NCBI GenBank assembly: GCA_977017575.1
Contig: CDRNVI010000163.1
Location: forward strand, 1-64,000
From: Paramoeba atlantica
Taxonomy: Eukaryota; Protista; Discosea
Direction of reading: 5' to 3'
Length of the DNA stretch: 64,000 nt
Shown piece after piece: positions 32,964-44,002 of the stretch; position 1 is the stretch's first letter; every line of letters starts with the position of its first letter. A model generated the notes under the pieces. It did not search any database. It saw only the letters and a program-made list of their open reading frames with translations, and was not told the origin of the DNA. The translations under genes were made by a program, and so were the position numbers.

Positions 32964-35900
32964 TCATCCAAAATTTTTGTAACAAAACAGCCGCAAAGTC
33001 CCATCTGTTGATGAAGAAAAAACAACTGACATTTTTTGATTCACCCCAACTGCCTGATTAGGAACAGCCAAACTGCTTACATTCCCATCATGCGCATCTT
33101 CTTCGCTCAATAGAGGGTGAGAAAGAGGAGAACGGGTTTCAATCTCCCATCCAATCACATTCCCTGTTGCAGCTGTCCCTCCCCAAATCTCATTGGGTCC
33201 AACCTGAACAAGGCAACTGAGAAAGGCATCTGAAGGGACTTCAACTTGATCAACAAGAACAAGCTGTTGATGATCACCACTATCTATGGATCGGAAGATT
33301 AAGATTTTTTCTCCATCATAAGCCCAGATCTCTGGCCCCTTTTTAGCAGTTTGAGAGGGAAGAGGGAGAAAATCCTCCTCCTCCTTTTCCTCTTCCTGTT
33401 TTTCTCTAATCCCTCCTCTGTTTCCAACCACCCAATTCCCATTCCACACAGAAGTCAGACACCGAATGTAAGAAGAGCCACGATCTTTCTCTTGACACCA
33501 CCCAACACCACCCATCATTTTGTCACTTCCATCTTGGATCTGGATCATACCCACAGCATTACCAACTGCCAGACAGAGAGTACTTTTTCCTTTTGACACC
33601 ATTCCACTCCTGGCAGTGTTCTGAAACCGACCTTCAATCCCTGACTGGTCCAGTTGCAACACTCTCTTTGTCTCAATTCGTGATGTCCGATGCAACCCAT
33701 GTTCATCTTCAACCGTAATAAGAGTGAACTCAACAACTTGAAAAGCATTTGTAAAGCCCCACACACTATGTCCCACTGCTTCCAATCCCAAAAACCCTAA
33801 ACCCTTCTTTGAGCCAGCCTCATCTCTACCATCCTCACCAATGCTGCTGCTATTTTCAGGTTGTTTCACACCAAGACAAAGGAGAGAAAGATCAAATAAC
33901 AGCATTCTGGAAAATTGTTCCAAGGCACTCAACCACTGAGAAAGAGAGGGTGACCCTCTCATGTTCTCTTCAGCTTTGGCAACAGCAAATTTGAAAGTTT
34001 TGTTTTGTTCAGGGCACTGAATTTGAATGGTTGGTCTTGGGGTTGAGAGGAAGGATGTGACAACTGTGTTTTTGTTAATCAAAATAGAATCTTCTTCTGT
34101 TCCAAAATATTGGTGCTTAAAGATACGAAGTCGACCTGTATCAAGACTCACCCACATATCTTCACTCCATAAACTCACTTTCCTCAACCAACCCTTGATG
34201 TTGAAGTGCTCAATTGCATCCTCACAATTCAAAGGTGCATCTTTCCAAACTCGGAGCGTCCCACACATTGAACTTGTCCAAACATGACCCCCAAATGACT
34301 GGTAGACCATTGCTCTGACTTCTTTTTTATGTGTGTCTTTTTCGTTACATAAAATCAGTTTTGGGTTTCCTCCAATTGCCTTCTTCACCTCAATCACACC
34401 GACATACCCATTCCAAAATCCAATCCAAAGCCAATCAAGACCTGCAAAGAGAACCCTCTTCACTTTCCACTTTTCCTTCACAGACATCATTTCTGACAAT
34501 CGCAGCATGGCCACAGAGAGAGAATGGTGAGAATGCCTTGAAGGATGATGAGCATCCGCCGCTGTTACATCAATCTCTTTCCTCAGTTGATCCAAAACCC
34601 CGACCTGATTCAAAACCTTATGGAACAAGGGGGATTCACCTTGAATCATCTCAAATAGAGACTCACAAACTTGGAGGGCAGTTGGACGGCGAGAAGGTTG
34701 ATGATCCCAGCAAGAGTTCATCAAGTCTAGATACTTTTTCAACAGCTCAGGATTGTTTTCATTTTCATGCTCAAGGACAGAGCGAGGAATTGAAGGACGC
34801 CCCTTTTTGCGAATAAATCCTTTCAACACTTCCATCAACTCAACCTCCAAATCAAAAGAGTAGGGATAACGACGCACTAAAATCTCCCATAACATGATTC
34901 CAATTGCGTGAATGTCAATCTTTTCGGTGAATTCTTGCCCCTTCAACACTTCAGGTGCTGCCCAAGTTGCGGTCACACATTCAGTTTTGGAATTTTTTCC
35001 TCCAACAAGAGAAGAAGCACCAACAAGTTTCACAGACCACCCAAAATCACCAACCTTCGCCAATGGCTCTCTCAAGGTCTGTTCAGTTATGGGAAATTGA
35101 ATCAGAGAACGAGTGAGAAAGACATTGGGAGTTTTAAGATCACGGTGAATGATAGGGGGATTCAGAGAATGGAGATAATGAATGCCCAGAGCAATGTCAA
35201 AAGCAATTTTGAGGCGAAGAACCCAAGGGAGGGGAGCATATATTTCGGTGGTCTCACGAATGAGATCTTCAACCTTCTTTGAAGTCTCTTTCAAATTCTC
35301 AAAGACCCGTTTTTCTTCTTCAGAACCCTCAAAGTTTCCTTCATATCCTCTTTCAATCCCAATCTTGAGAGAGTCTCTCAAGGCATTGATTTGCTCCCCA
35401 TGGCTCCCCCCTGCTATACCCAACCATTTGTCAAAGTATTGGTTGAGTTTTTTAAAGGCACCATTACATAAATGAAGAAGAGGAGGAAGGGGTGCAGGAG
35501 CAGGGAAAACACTTGGTTTGACAAAGTGGAGATTCAATTGACTCCGATAACTCCCAACTGATTTGATCACACTGTCAATAAGAACCAAAAGATTTAATCC
35601 CATGAAATTGATTTGCCCATAGAGGTCTCCTCCACCAACTAATTCCATTACCATTGCATGGTTATGATGAAACTCATTGAGTGAACCAGAAAGAGGATGA
35701 GTGATCCCCACTAACCTGACAATATTGGGATGAACAAGCCCTGTCATTGTGTACACTTCCAATAGAAAGTCTTTTTGCAGTCCTTCTTCAGTTGGTGGTT
35801 TCTTCTCATCACTTCCAATCTGGCAAGAGTCTTGAGCCAGTTTTACATGTTTTGGCTCAAGAACTTTTGCTGCATATGCAAAGTGGTCTCTTTCAATCAC

Positions 35901-38900
35901 AGAGGAAAGAGAAGGCGAGGGTGGAGACAAATGTGAAGGTGAAGACGAGGAAGGAGAGGGGGAAGGAGAAGGGGAAAGAGAGGGGGAAGGAGAGATCGAT
36001 TCAGTTGCATTCTCTTTTAAATACTCTAAGATTGGAACAGGAGTATGGTTTCTCTTCCTCTTACCAAGATGCAATGTTTGTCTACAATTTTGACAGAGAA
36101 ATGATTCATCTCCTTTGCATTGATCGCAAAAAAACTTGACTTCTTGTCTTTCACAATACTTGCATAGAGAGGGAACTGAAGGAGGGAGAGAGGGAATTGG
36201 TGGGGATATTGAGGAAGGCAGCTCTGGCTCTGGGAAGGAAAGAGGAGGAGATGGTGAAGATATTGAAGGAGGGGAAGCAAGAGAAGGAGTAGAAGAGGAA
36301 GATAGTTTCCTCTCACCAGAACTTAATTTTTGAAAATTGATTGATGAAGAACACAACAGGACCTTTCCAAAAGACCCTTGGCCAAGTTCTTTCTCAATCT
36401 CTAAATCCTCCCAACTGACAAGAGAAAGAGTAGAAGCTTCTTGAATGAGAAGATCAGGAACAAGATATTGCAATGCAACATTATGACTCTTGTTCTGACA
36501 GAGGGCAGTGACTTTCCTTTGAGCAAGGATTTTGTACAAATAACTAAATTTATATTGACATGGAAAACAACTCATCCCTCCACCTTCTCCATAATATGCC
36601 ACTTCCACATCATAATCCATATGATAAAACTCTTCCAACATATTCTCGAGAGATCTCATCACCTCCTTCATCCACCATCCTGCCACCTCACTTGACACCC
36701 CTTCCAACTTAAGATTCAGTTTGTCTCCTCGTTTTTTTTTCACAAGACAATAACACTCCACTGCTTTTTTTGACAACCCATCTGCTGCAGGATAAATAGC
36801 TACTGCACAACCTTGTTGCCAACACTCAATCACTTCACCAATCTTCATCAACTGCACAATCACCATTGGCATCACAGCAACAGGAACAGAAGCTTGGTTC
36901 TTCATCTTGAAAGTCCGATCCAGGACCACACGATGTTGTCCTCCAATCCGAAACCCAAACTCACTCTCAATTCCGTGATTATGCTGAGGCTCGTTTTCTT
37001 TTAAGAGACAGGGAACAAAGTATTTTCGTTGCTTTTGGTTGGGAGATCGAAGAGGAAACATGATATGAAGTTGCACCAACAGATTAATCATGTCTTCATG
37101 GTATCGCTCGGGAAAATCTTCTTTACGCCAAAGGTGCAAGGTGAGAGTGTCATGGTCAATCACCCCCCCAGAAGACTGAGCAAAGGAGTGTTTGGTTGTG
37201 ATAAGAGTTGCAAGTAGACGAGAGATCCATTGGGGATTCAAAACGACCGCCATTTCAGTAGAAGCAGGACCCTCCTCTTGGGAAGAAGAGAGAGTTAACA
37301 TTCTCCTTGGCCGAACAAGGTAGATGTATCCGAGAGTATCTAAGTCTTCTAAAAATTCCATACATCTTTCTTCATCTTCAAATGCTTTGATACCTTTCTT
37401 GATTCCTTCAGATTGGATCACTTGATGAACCAGAGAAATATTTACGATTGGGCCCTGTTTTAAAGTTTCCAAAGCAACTCGAATCACTTCAAGAGGAGCA
37501 GGTGCATCAAAGGCCACTTCGTCACTCACTTTCAGCAATACATCCCTCAATGCTTCCGCTCCTTCATCCTTTCCTTTTAGGTTAAAGAATGACTTCTTGA
37601 CCCACTGCAGCATCACTGCCTGAGGATAGATCTTCTCTTCGCCATACCGAGCAATCAAGGATCGATGGAGGTGTTTGTGGGCGGCTTCTGCTTCATTGGG
37701 TTTCAACCTGTCCCCATTTGTTGTGATCAAAAGAATCCGAACCCTTTCTGTACGAGATAAAACAGACTCAATCCAGAAATGAAGTTCCCTCAGAGCATCC
37801 TCAGGAGCATCATTTACACGACACACCACAGCATAAATACAAAAATCACGGAGAAACAATTGGTGACTGATTCGATAAATCTTCTGTCCACCAAAATCCC
37901 AAGTTTCAAGAATGGTCCCATCTTTCAACACAACATCCCCTAACTCAACACCGTCAGTCGAAAGAGGGATGTTCTCCATTTGTTGCCCATCATCTCTCAG
38001 TCTTCGAATCGTTGTTGTTTTGCCAACTGCTGGCCCACCCATCACCATCAATCGCAATGCTTTCATCTTCACCATCCCACCTTCCAACTTTGCCTTACAA
38101 TAGTCAATGATATTTTTTGCTGATTCTCCAGCTTTGATCTTATCAAGTTTCCTCCAATTTTCGCTTGTCATAAATTTGATTTGTTTGATTGCTTGAGGAG
38201 ACAAGTATGCAAGGCCAATCGGGAGGCTGGTGACATCTTTCTGGTGAATAACTCTGACATGAGTGAGAAAAGGACCAACTAGTGTCCAATCTATGTTGTC
38301 CAACTTCTCATCATTGATTTCAAGGGAAGGGCTAGCAAGTTCAAGAACTCCCGTTTCAATTGAACTGAAAAGAAGTTGTTTTAAAGAAGAAAAATTTCCT
38401 TCCAATTGGGAGAACATTTGAGGAGAATGGAGATAAGATTCAGCAAACTCTCTTGTTATTCTCCCTGATGAGCGTGTCTTTTTCAAGGAAAGAAATTATC
38501 AGTCAAAAAGAGAAAGTAAGGAGAAAGTGAGGAAAGAGATAAACACACACACACACCTTCGAGGGCATTGACCCAGCTGCCAAAAGTATTGAAACGACTC
38601 GATTTCTCCTTTCGATTTGTTGATCGTTTTGTGGTTTCATCTCCAGAGCACACGCAAGTTCAGTTTGATTACCAAGCTTGTCTTGATCAAGTTTGGCGAA
38701 CTGTGATTTGAGCAAATGTTCTAGAATTTTACTTTGACATCGATATGCTGCGTAGTGTATCATTGACTTTCTCTGAGAAAGGGGGAGGTGAGAAAGAAAA
38801 AGACTAAAAGACTAAAAGAGAAAAGAGAGAAGAAAAAAAAAAACCATGTAATCGAGTTTAACAATGTCAGAATCATATCTTAAGAGAAGGAGAACAATCT

Positions 38901-41900
38901 CGACTCGATCTTCTGATTCTTCCTCAATATCACAAGCAAGATGTGATAAAGTATTTGCGTCCTATCACATCCTCTCCATTAGTAATTACTCCTTTCTTTC
39001 TTCTCTCTCTCTCTTCTCTCTCATCTCTCATCTCTCATCTCTCATCTCTCTTCTCTTCTTATGAAAACAAACAAAAAAATTATTTCTTCTTGATTTTCTC
39101 CTTTTGTTTTCTTATTTTTCTTTTTTTTTCTTTGTCTTTTGTTTTTGAATTGTTGTGTTGGGATGGTATTTTTTCTTTGACAAAAATTTTTCAATTGAAA
39201 ACCTCTGGAGTGAGTACAATGTCCTTCTTCAATTGTGGGTGAGAACGACAAAAAGGATTGTTACCAACACTGTCAATAAAAATTAATAAAAAAAAAAAAG
39301 AATAAAAAAAAAAGAAAAATTCAAAAAAAAAAAAAAGAAAGAGAGAAAAGGAGAGAGGAAAAAAGTGAGAAAGGAAAAAATCTAAATCTAAAAGAAATTT
39401 AATTATTTGAAGAGAAATAAAATCCAAAATAAATATATTTATTTAGAGAGAGAAAGAGAAAGAGAGAGAAATAGAAATAAAACTTGAAAAATATGAAAAA
39501 AAAAATACAAAATACAAAAGATAAAAATTTATCTTCACAAAAAAGAAAGAAGGGAAAAGAAGAAAAGAAGAAGAGAAAGAAGAGAAGAAGAGAAGAAAAA
39601 AGAATGAGAGAAGAGAAAAAAAGAAAAAAGAACAAAAACACAATATTCAGAAATAAAGAGAGAAAACAAAATGAAAGCAAAACTAAAGTGTTTGAAGTGT
39701 TGAATTTGTTGAGAGGTACTTAGCAATCTCTCTCGCTCCTTCATCTCCAATTTTATTGTAACCAAGGCTGTGTGTGTTGGAAAAAGAAAAGGAGAAAAAG
39801 AGAGGAGGAAGAGAAAAGAGAAGAGGGAAAGAAGAGAGAAAGATAAGAAGAAGGAGAGAAGGAAAGAAAGAAGAGAGAAGAGAGAGAAAGAGAAGAAGAA
39901 AGAGAAGAAGAAAGAGAAGAAGAAGAAAAGAGAAGAAAAGAGAGAAAAGAAGGAAAAAGAAGAAAAGAGAAGAAAGTGAGAGAAGAAAAAAGTGAGAAAG
40001 AAAAATAAAAATCCAAAATAAATCTATTTATTTAGAGAGAGAAAGAGAGAGAAATAGAAATAAAACTTGAAAATATGAAAAAAAAATACAAAATACAAAA
40101 ACAAAATACAAAATACAAAATATAAAATATAAAATATAAAAATTTATCTTCACAAAAAAGAAGAAAAGAGAAGAGAAAAAAAGAGAAAAAAAAAGAATGA
40201 AAAAAGAGAAAAAAAGAAAAAAGAACAAAAACACAATATTCAGAAATAAAGAGAGAAAACAAAATGAAAGCAAAACTAAAGTCTTTGAAGTGTTGAATTT
40301 GTTGAGAGGTACTTAGCAATCTCTCTCGCTCCTTCATCTCCAATTTTATTGCCACCAAGGCTGTGTGTGTTGGAAAAAGAAAAGGAGAAAAAGAGAGAAG
40401 GAAGAGAAAAGAGAAGAGGGAAAGAAGAGAGAAAGAGAAGAAGAAAGAGAAGAAGAAAGAGAAAGAGAAGAAAAGAGAGAGAAAAGAAGGAAAAAGAAGA
40501 AAAGAGAAGAAAGTGAGAGAAAGAAAAAAAGTGAGAAAGAAAACTAAAAATCCAAAATAAATATATTTATTTAGAGAGAGAGAAAGAGAAAGAGAGAGAA
40601 ATAGAAATAAAACTTGGAAATACAAAATACAAAATACAAAATACAAAATACAAAATATAAAAATTTATCTTCACAAAAAAAGAAGAAAAGAGAAGAAGAG
40701 AAGAAAAGAAGAGAGAAAAAAAGAATGAGAAAAGAGAAAAAAAGAAAAAAGAGACAAAAACACAATCCAGAAATAAAGAGAGAAAACAAAATGAAAGCAA
40801 AACTTAAGTGTTTGAAGTGTTGAATTTGTTGAGAGGGACTTACCAATCTCTCTCGCTCCTTCATCTCCAATATTATTGCTCTCAAGGCTGTGTGTGTTGG
40901 AAAAAGAAAAGGAGAAAAAGAGAGGAGGAAGAGAAAAGAGAAGAGGGAAAGAAGAGAGAAAGATAAGAAGAAGGAGAGAGGGAAAGAAAGAAGAGAGAAG
41001 AGAGAGAGAGAGAAGAGAAAGAGAAGAAGAAGAAAAGAGAAGAAAAGAGAGAAAAGAAGGAAAAAGAAGAAAAGAGAAGAAAGTGAGAGAAAGAAAAAAA
41101 AGTGAGAAAGAAAAATAAAAATCCAAAATAAATCTATTTATTTAGAGAGAGAGAGAAAGAGAGAAATAGAAATGAAACTTGAAATATGAAAAAAAAAATA
41201 CAAAATACAAAATACAAAATATAAAATATAAAATATAAAATTTATCTTCACAAAAAAAGAAGAGAAGAAAAGAGAAGAAGAGAAGAAAAGAGAGAAAAAA
41301 AGAATGAAAAAAGAGAAAAAAAGAAAAAAGAAAAACACAATATTCAGAAATAAAGAGAGAAAACAAAATGAAAGCAAAACTTAAGTATTTGAAGTGTTGA
41401 ATTTGTTGAGAGGGACTTAGCAATCTCTCTCGCTCCTTCATCTCCAATTTTATTGTTCACAAGGCTGTGTGTTGGAAAAAGAAAAGGAGAAAAAGAGAGG
41501 AGGAAGAGAAAAGAGAAGAGGGAAAGAGGAGAGATAAGAAGAAGGAGAGAGGGAAAGAAAGAAGAGAGATGTGAGAGAGAGAGAGGAGAAGAAGAAAGAG
41601 AAGAACAGAGGAAAAGAGAGAGAAAAGAGAGAAGAAGAGAACAGTTTTTTTTTCTTTTTTTTTTTCTTTTTATTTTTCTTTTCTTTCATAATTTTCTTTC
41701 TTTCTTTCTGTTTTCTTCATTCTTTTGAAAAAACAAAACAAAAAAGATATAGGAGGAGGGGGGGGAGAGGAGAGGGAAAAAAAGAAATGAAAAAAAAAAA
41801 CAAAACTTTAAATAGGTAACACGAGGGGAAGAAACTTTGAGTACTTCCACCAGAGCATGTACATCTTTTTTGTCTAGTGATTTTTTACCAAAAGCAAAAC

Positions 41901-41961
41901 TCCACTCCTCTTTCCCTTTCAACTTATATTTGTCAACAAAACGTTGGACATTCCAATCCAT
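32964..41961 (-). CDS. ROCO family protein: RNI-like LRRs, ankyrin repeats, Roc GTPase, COR, TKL kinase (B-box insert), WD40-like region with PH insert; ~2134 aa
   Basis: Phase-consistent exons 41807-41961, 41381-41464, 40804-40887, 40277-40360, 39684-39767, 39203-39269, 38845-38961, 38557-38772, 32964-38477. Motifs GGPAVGKTT, WDFGGQ, LGQGSFGKV, AAK, HRDLK, DFG, APE. The large 3' exon is certain; the LRR-to-ANK splice at 39203 (donor GTTTTC) is inferred. Confidence 0.85.
39400..41700 (-). repeat. Tandem exon-intron duplication, four ~530-590 bp units, each with one 84-nt LRR exon
   Basis: Exon starts at 39684, 40277, 40804 and 41381; the flanking purine-rich intron sequence is shared among units, and a partial fifth intron copy lies at 39400-39683. 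Confidence 0.93.
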
Positions 41962-42240
41962 CTTGTCAAACCAAACTCTCTCTCTCTCTCTCTTTCTTGA
42001 AAAATTGCCAAAAATTCAAAAGTAGGGACCTTTTTTTTTGGCTGGTTTTTCGTTTATTTCATTTTGGGTTTGACTATCCACAATTCTCTCTCCATTTTCT
42101 CTTCTTTTTTTCTCCTCCTCTTGTCTTCTCTCTTCTCTTTCGCACTTTTTTCAGATCCCAGAAAAAACCTCTTCTCTTCTCTTCTCTTCTCTTCTCTTCT
42201 CTTCTCTTCTCTCCTCTCTGTGTCACAAAAAAATAAGAAG

Positions 42241-43378
42241 ATGGATGAAGAATATCCAAACAAAGAAACAAAGAAACTTTTTGATGGTGTTGAGAATGGA
42301 GATGAAGAAGTTGTCAAAGCTCTTCTTCTTGGAAACAAAAACAAACAATTCAAACTTGATATCAACTTCCAAGACAAACACAAGAAGGTTTTTTTTTTCA
42401 AACCCAATTTCTCTCTCTCTCTTTTTCTTTGTTCTCTCTCTCTCTTGTTTGTTTAAACAACTTTCTTTTTGTTAAAGGATGGAAAGACTGCTCTTCATTA
42501 TGCTGCTGAGAGTGGCTTTGAACAAATTGTGAAAATTCTTGTTGAACATGGATCCAATCTTGATCTTCAAGAGCCAGTTTCATTTTCTTTTTGATGATTT
42601 TCATTTTTATTTCTTTGTTTTTTCTCATTTTTTTTATTTGTTGTTGTAGTAGTTCATTGTTGGGTTGTTTCATGTTGATTGTGAATGGTTGTGTTGTGTG
42701 ATATTTTATTTTGTTTTTATTCTTTTTTAAACAACTTCTTTTTGTTACAGCATGGATGGATCGCTCTTCATTATGCTGCTGAGGAAGGTTCTGAAGAAAT
42801 TGTGAAAATTCTTGTTGAACGTGGATCTAATTGTTCATCTTCAAGATCAAGTTTTGATTTTCCTTTTTTGATTTTGTTTTTGTTCTTTTTTTAACAACTT
42901 TCTTTTTGTTAAAGTCTGGAATGACTGCTCTTCACTTTGCTGCTGAGGAAGGTTTTGAACAAATTGTAAAAATTCTTATTGAACACAGGTCCAACATTAA
43001 TATTCAAAACAAAGTTTTGATTTTCTTTTTCTTTTTTTTTTAAGATTTGTTGTGATGAGTGAGTGGGTGGTGGGAATGAGGGATTGGTGGTGGGGTTTGA
43101 AGTGGTTTTTTTTTGAAACTTTCTTTTTTCTTATTTGTTTTATTGTGTTAGGATGGGAGAACAGTTCTTGATGTTGTAAAAGATCAGAACATTGTTGAAT
43201 TGATCATCCAATTGAAGGTTTTCTTTTATTTTCTCTCTTCTTTTTTGATTTTTTATTTTATTTGTTGAAGTTGAATAATAATTGGGTATGGAAATGAGTG
43301 TATTTTCATTTTGATTTTTTTTCTTGGTTGTAGGGACAAACAATAAAAGCAGCTCGATCAACAAAAAAAGAAAATTAA
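42241..43378 (+). CDS. Small ankyrin-repeat protein, one 33-aa repeat per exon; third exon carries a +1 indel
   Basis: Exons 42241-42387, 42478-42576 (DGKTALHYAAESGFEQIVKILVEHG), 42751-42850 (100 nt), 42915-43013, 43152-43217, 43334-43378; GT..AG phase-0 introns. Confidence 0.75.
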
Positions 43379-43502
43379 AGTTTTGACAATAATTTGAGGA
43401 AATAGAAACAGAATATTGTTGTTTGTTGTTTGTTGTGGAGAGAGAGGTTTTCTCTTCTCTTCTCTTCTCTTCTCTTCTTTGTCTCATTGCCACCATTCCC
43501 AC

Positions 43503-43660
43503 AGCTCCAATCAGGATGTCACAGAAGATGTGGCATCCATCGATTGGTTAAGAGTCACATTTAAACTAAAGGTGTTTTGTGAAAGAATGGAGAGACTACT
43601 CTTCACTTTGCTGCTTCCAATGGTTTTAAAGAAATTGGTGTTGAACATGGATTTTTCCAA
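43503..43660 (+). pseudogene. Relic ankyrin exon(s)
   Basis: AATGGAGAGACTACTCTTCACTTTGCTGCTTCCAATGGTTTTAAAGAAATT reads NGETTLHFAASNGFKEI, followed by a deletion before VEHG. Confidence 0.55.
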
Positions 43661-44002
43661 CACTCTTCATCATCTCTTTCAAACTTCAGTTTTGTTTTTC
43701 TTTTGTCATTTTTTTTTAAATCTTTTTATTGCCACTTTTTTATTTGTTGATTTGTTGGTTCTCTTTTTTTGAAACTTTCTTTTCTTATTTTTTTGTGTTA
43801 GGGTGGTAAAAAACGGTCTCCTTCCTCTCTCCACAACAACAATAAACAAACAAAATTCTTGTTTTTCTGTTTAATAAAAAGTAAACTTTTGTTCTCTTTA
43901 ATTTTTTTGGGACAGAGAAATTCATTCAAACTACTTTATTTGAATTTTCTCGAGCCAACAAAAAAAAATGAAAAGGGAAAAAATCACTGATAACTCTCAA
44001 AA

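Noticed and set aside
39000-39060. (TCATCTC)n and (CTTCT)n microsatellite-like tracts (also 42170-42215 and 43450-43480)
   Set aside because: Ordinary pyrimidine-rich intron and UTR low-complexity sequence, seen throughout the gene region.
39400-41700. Many overlapping 60-200 aa F/L/S-rich and K/E/R-rich ORFs; regular repeats that could suggest CRISPR
   Set aside because: They are translations of low-complexity purine/pyrimidine introns. The repeat unit is an exon plus intron of ~570 bp with no unique spacers, in a eukaryote.
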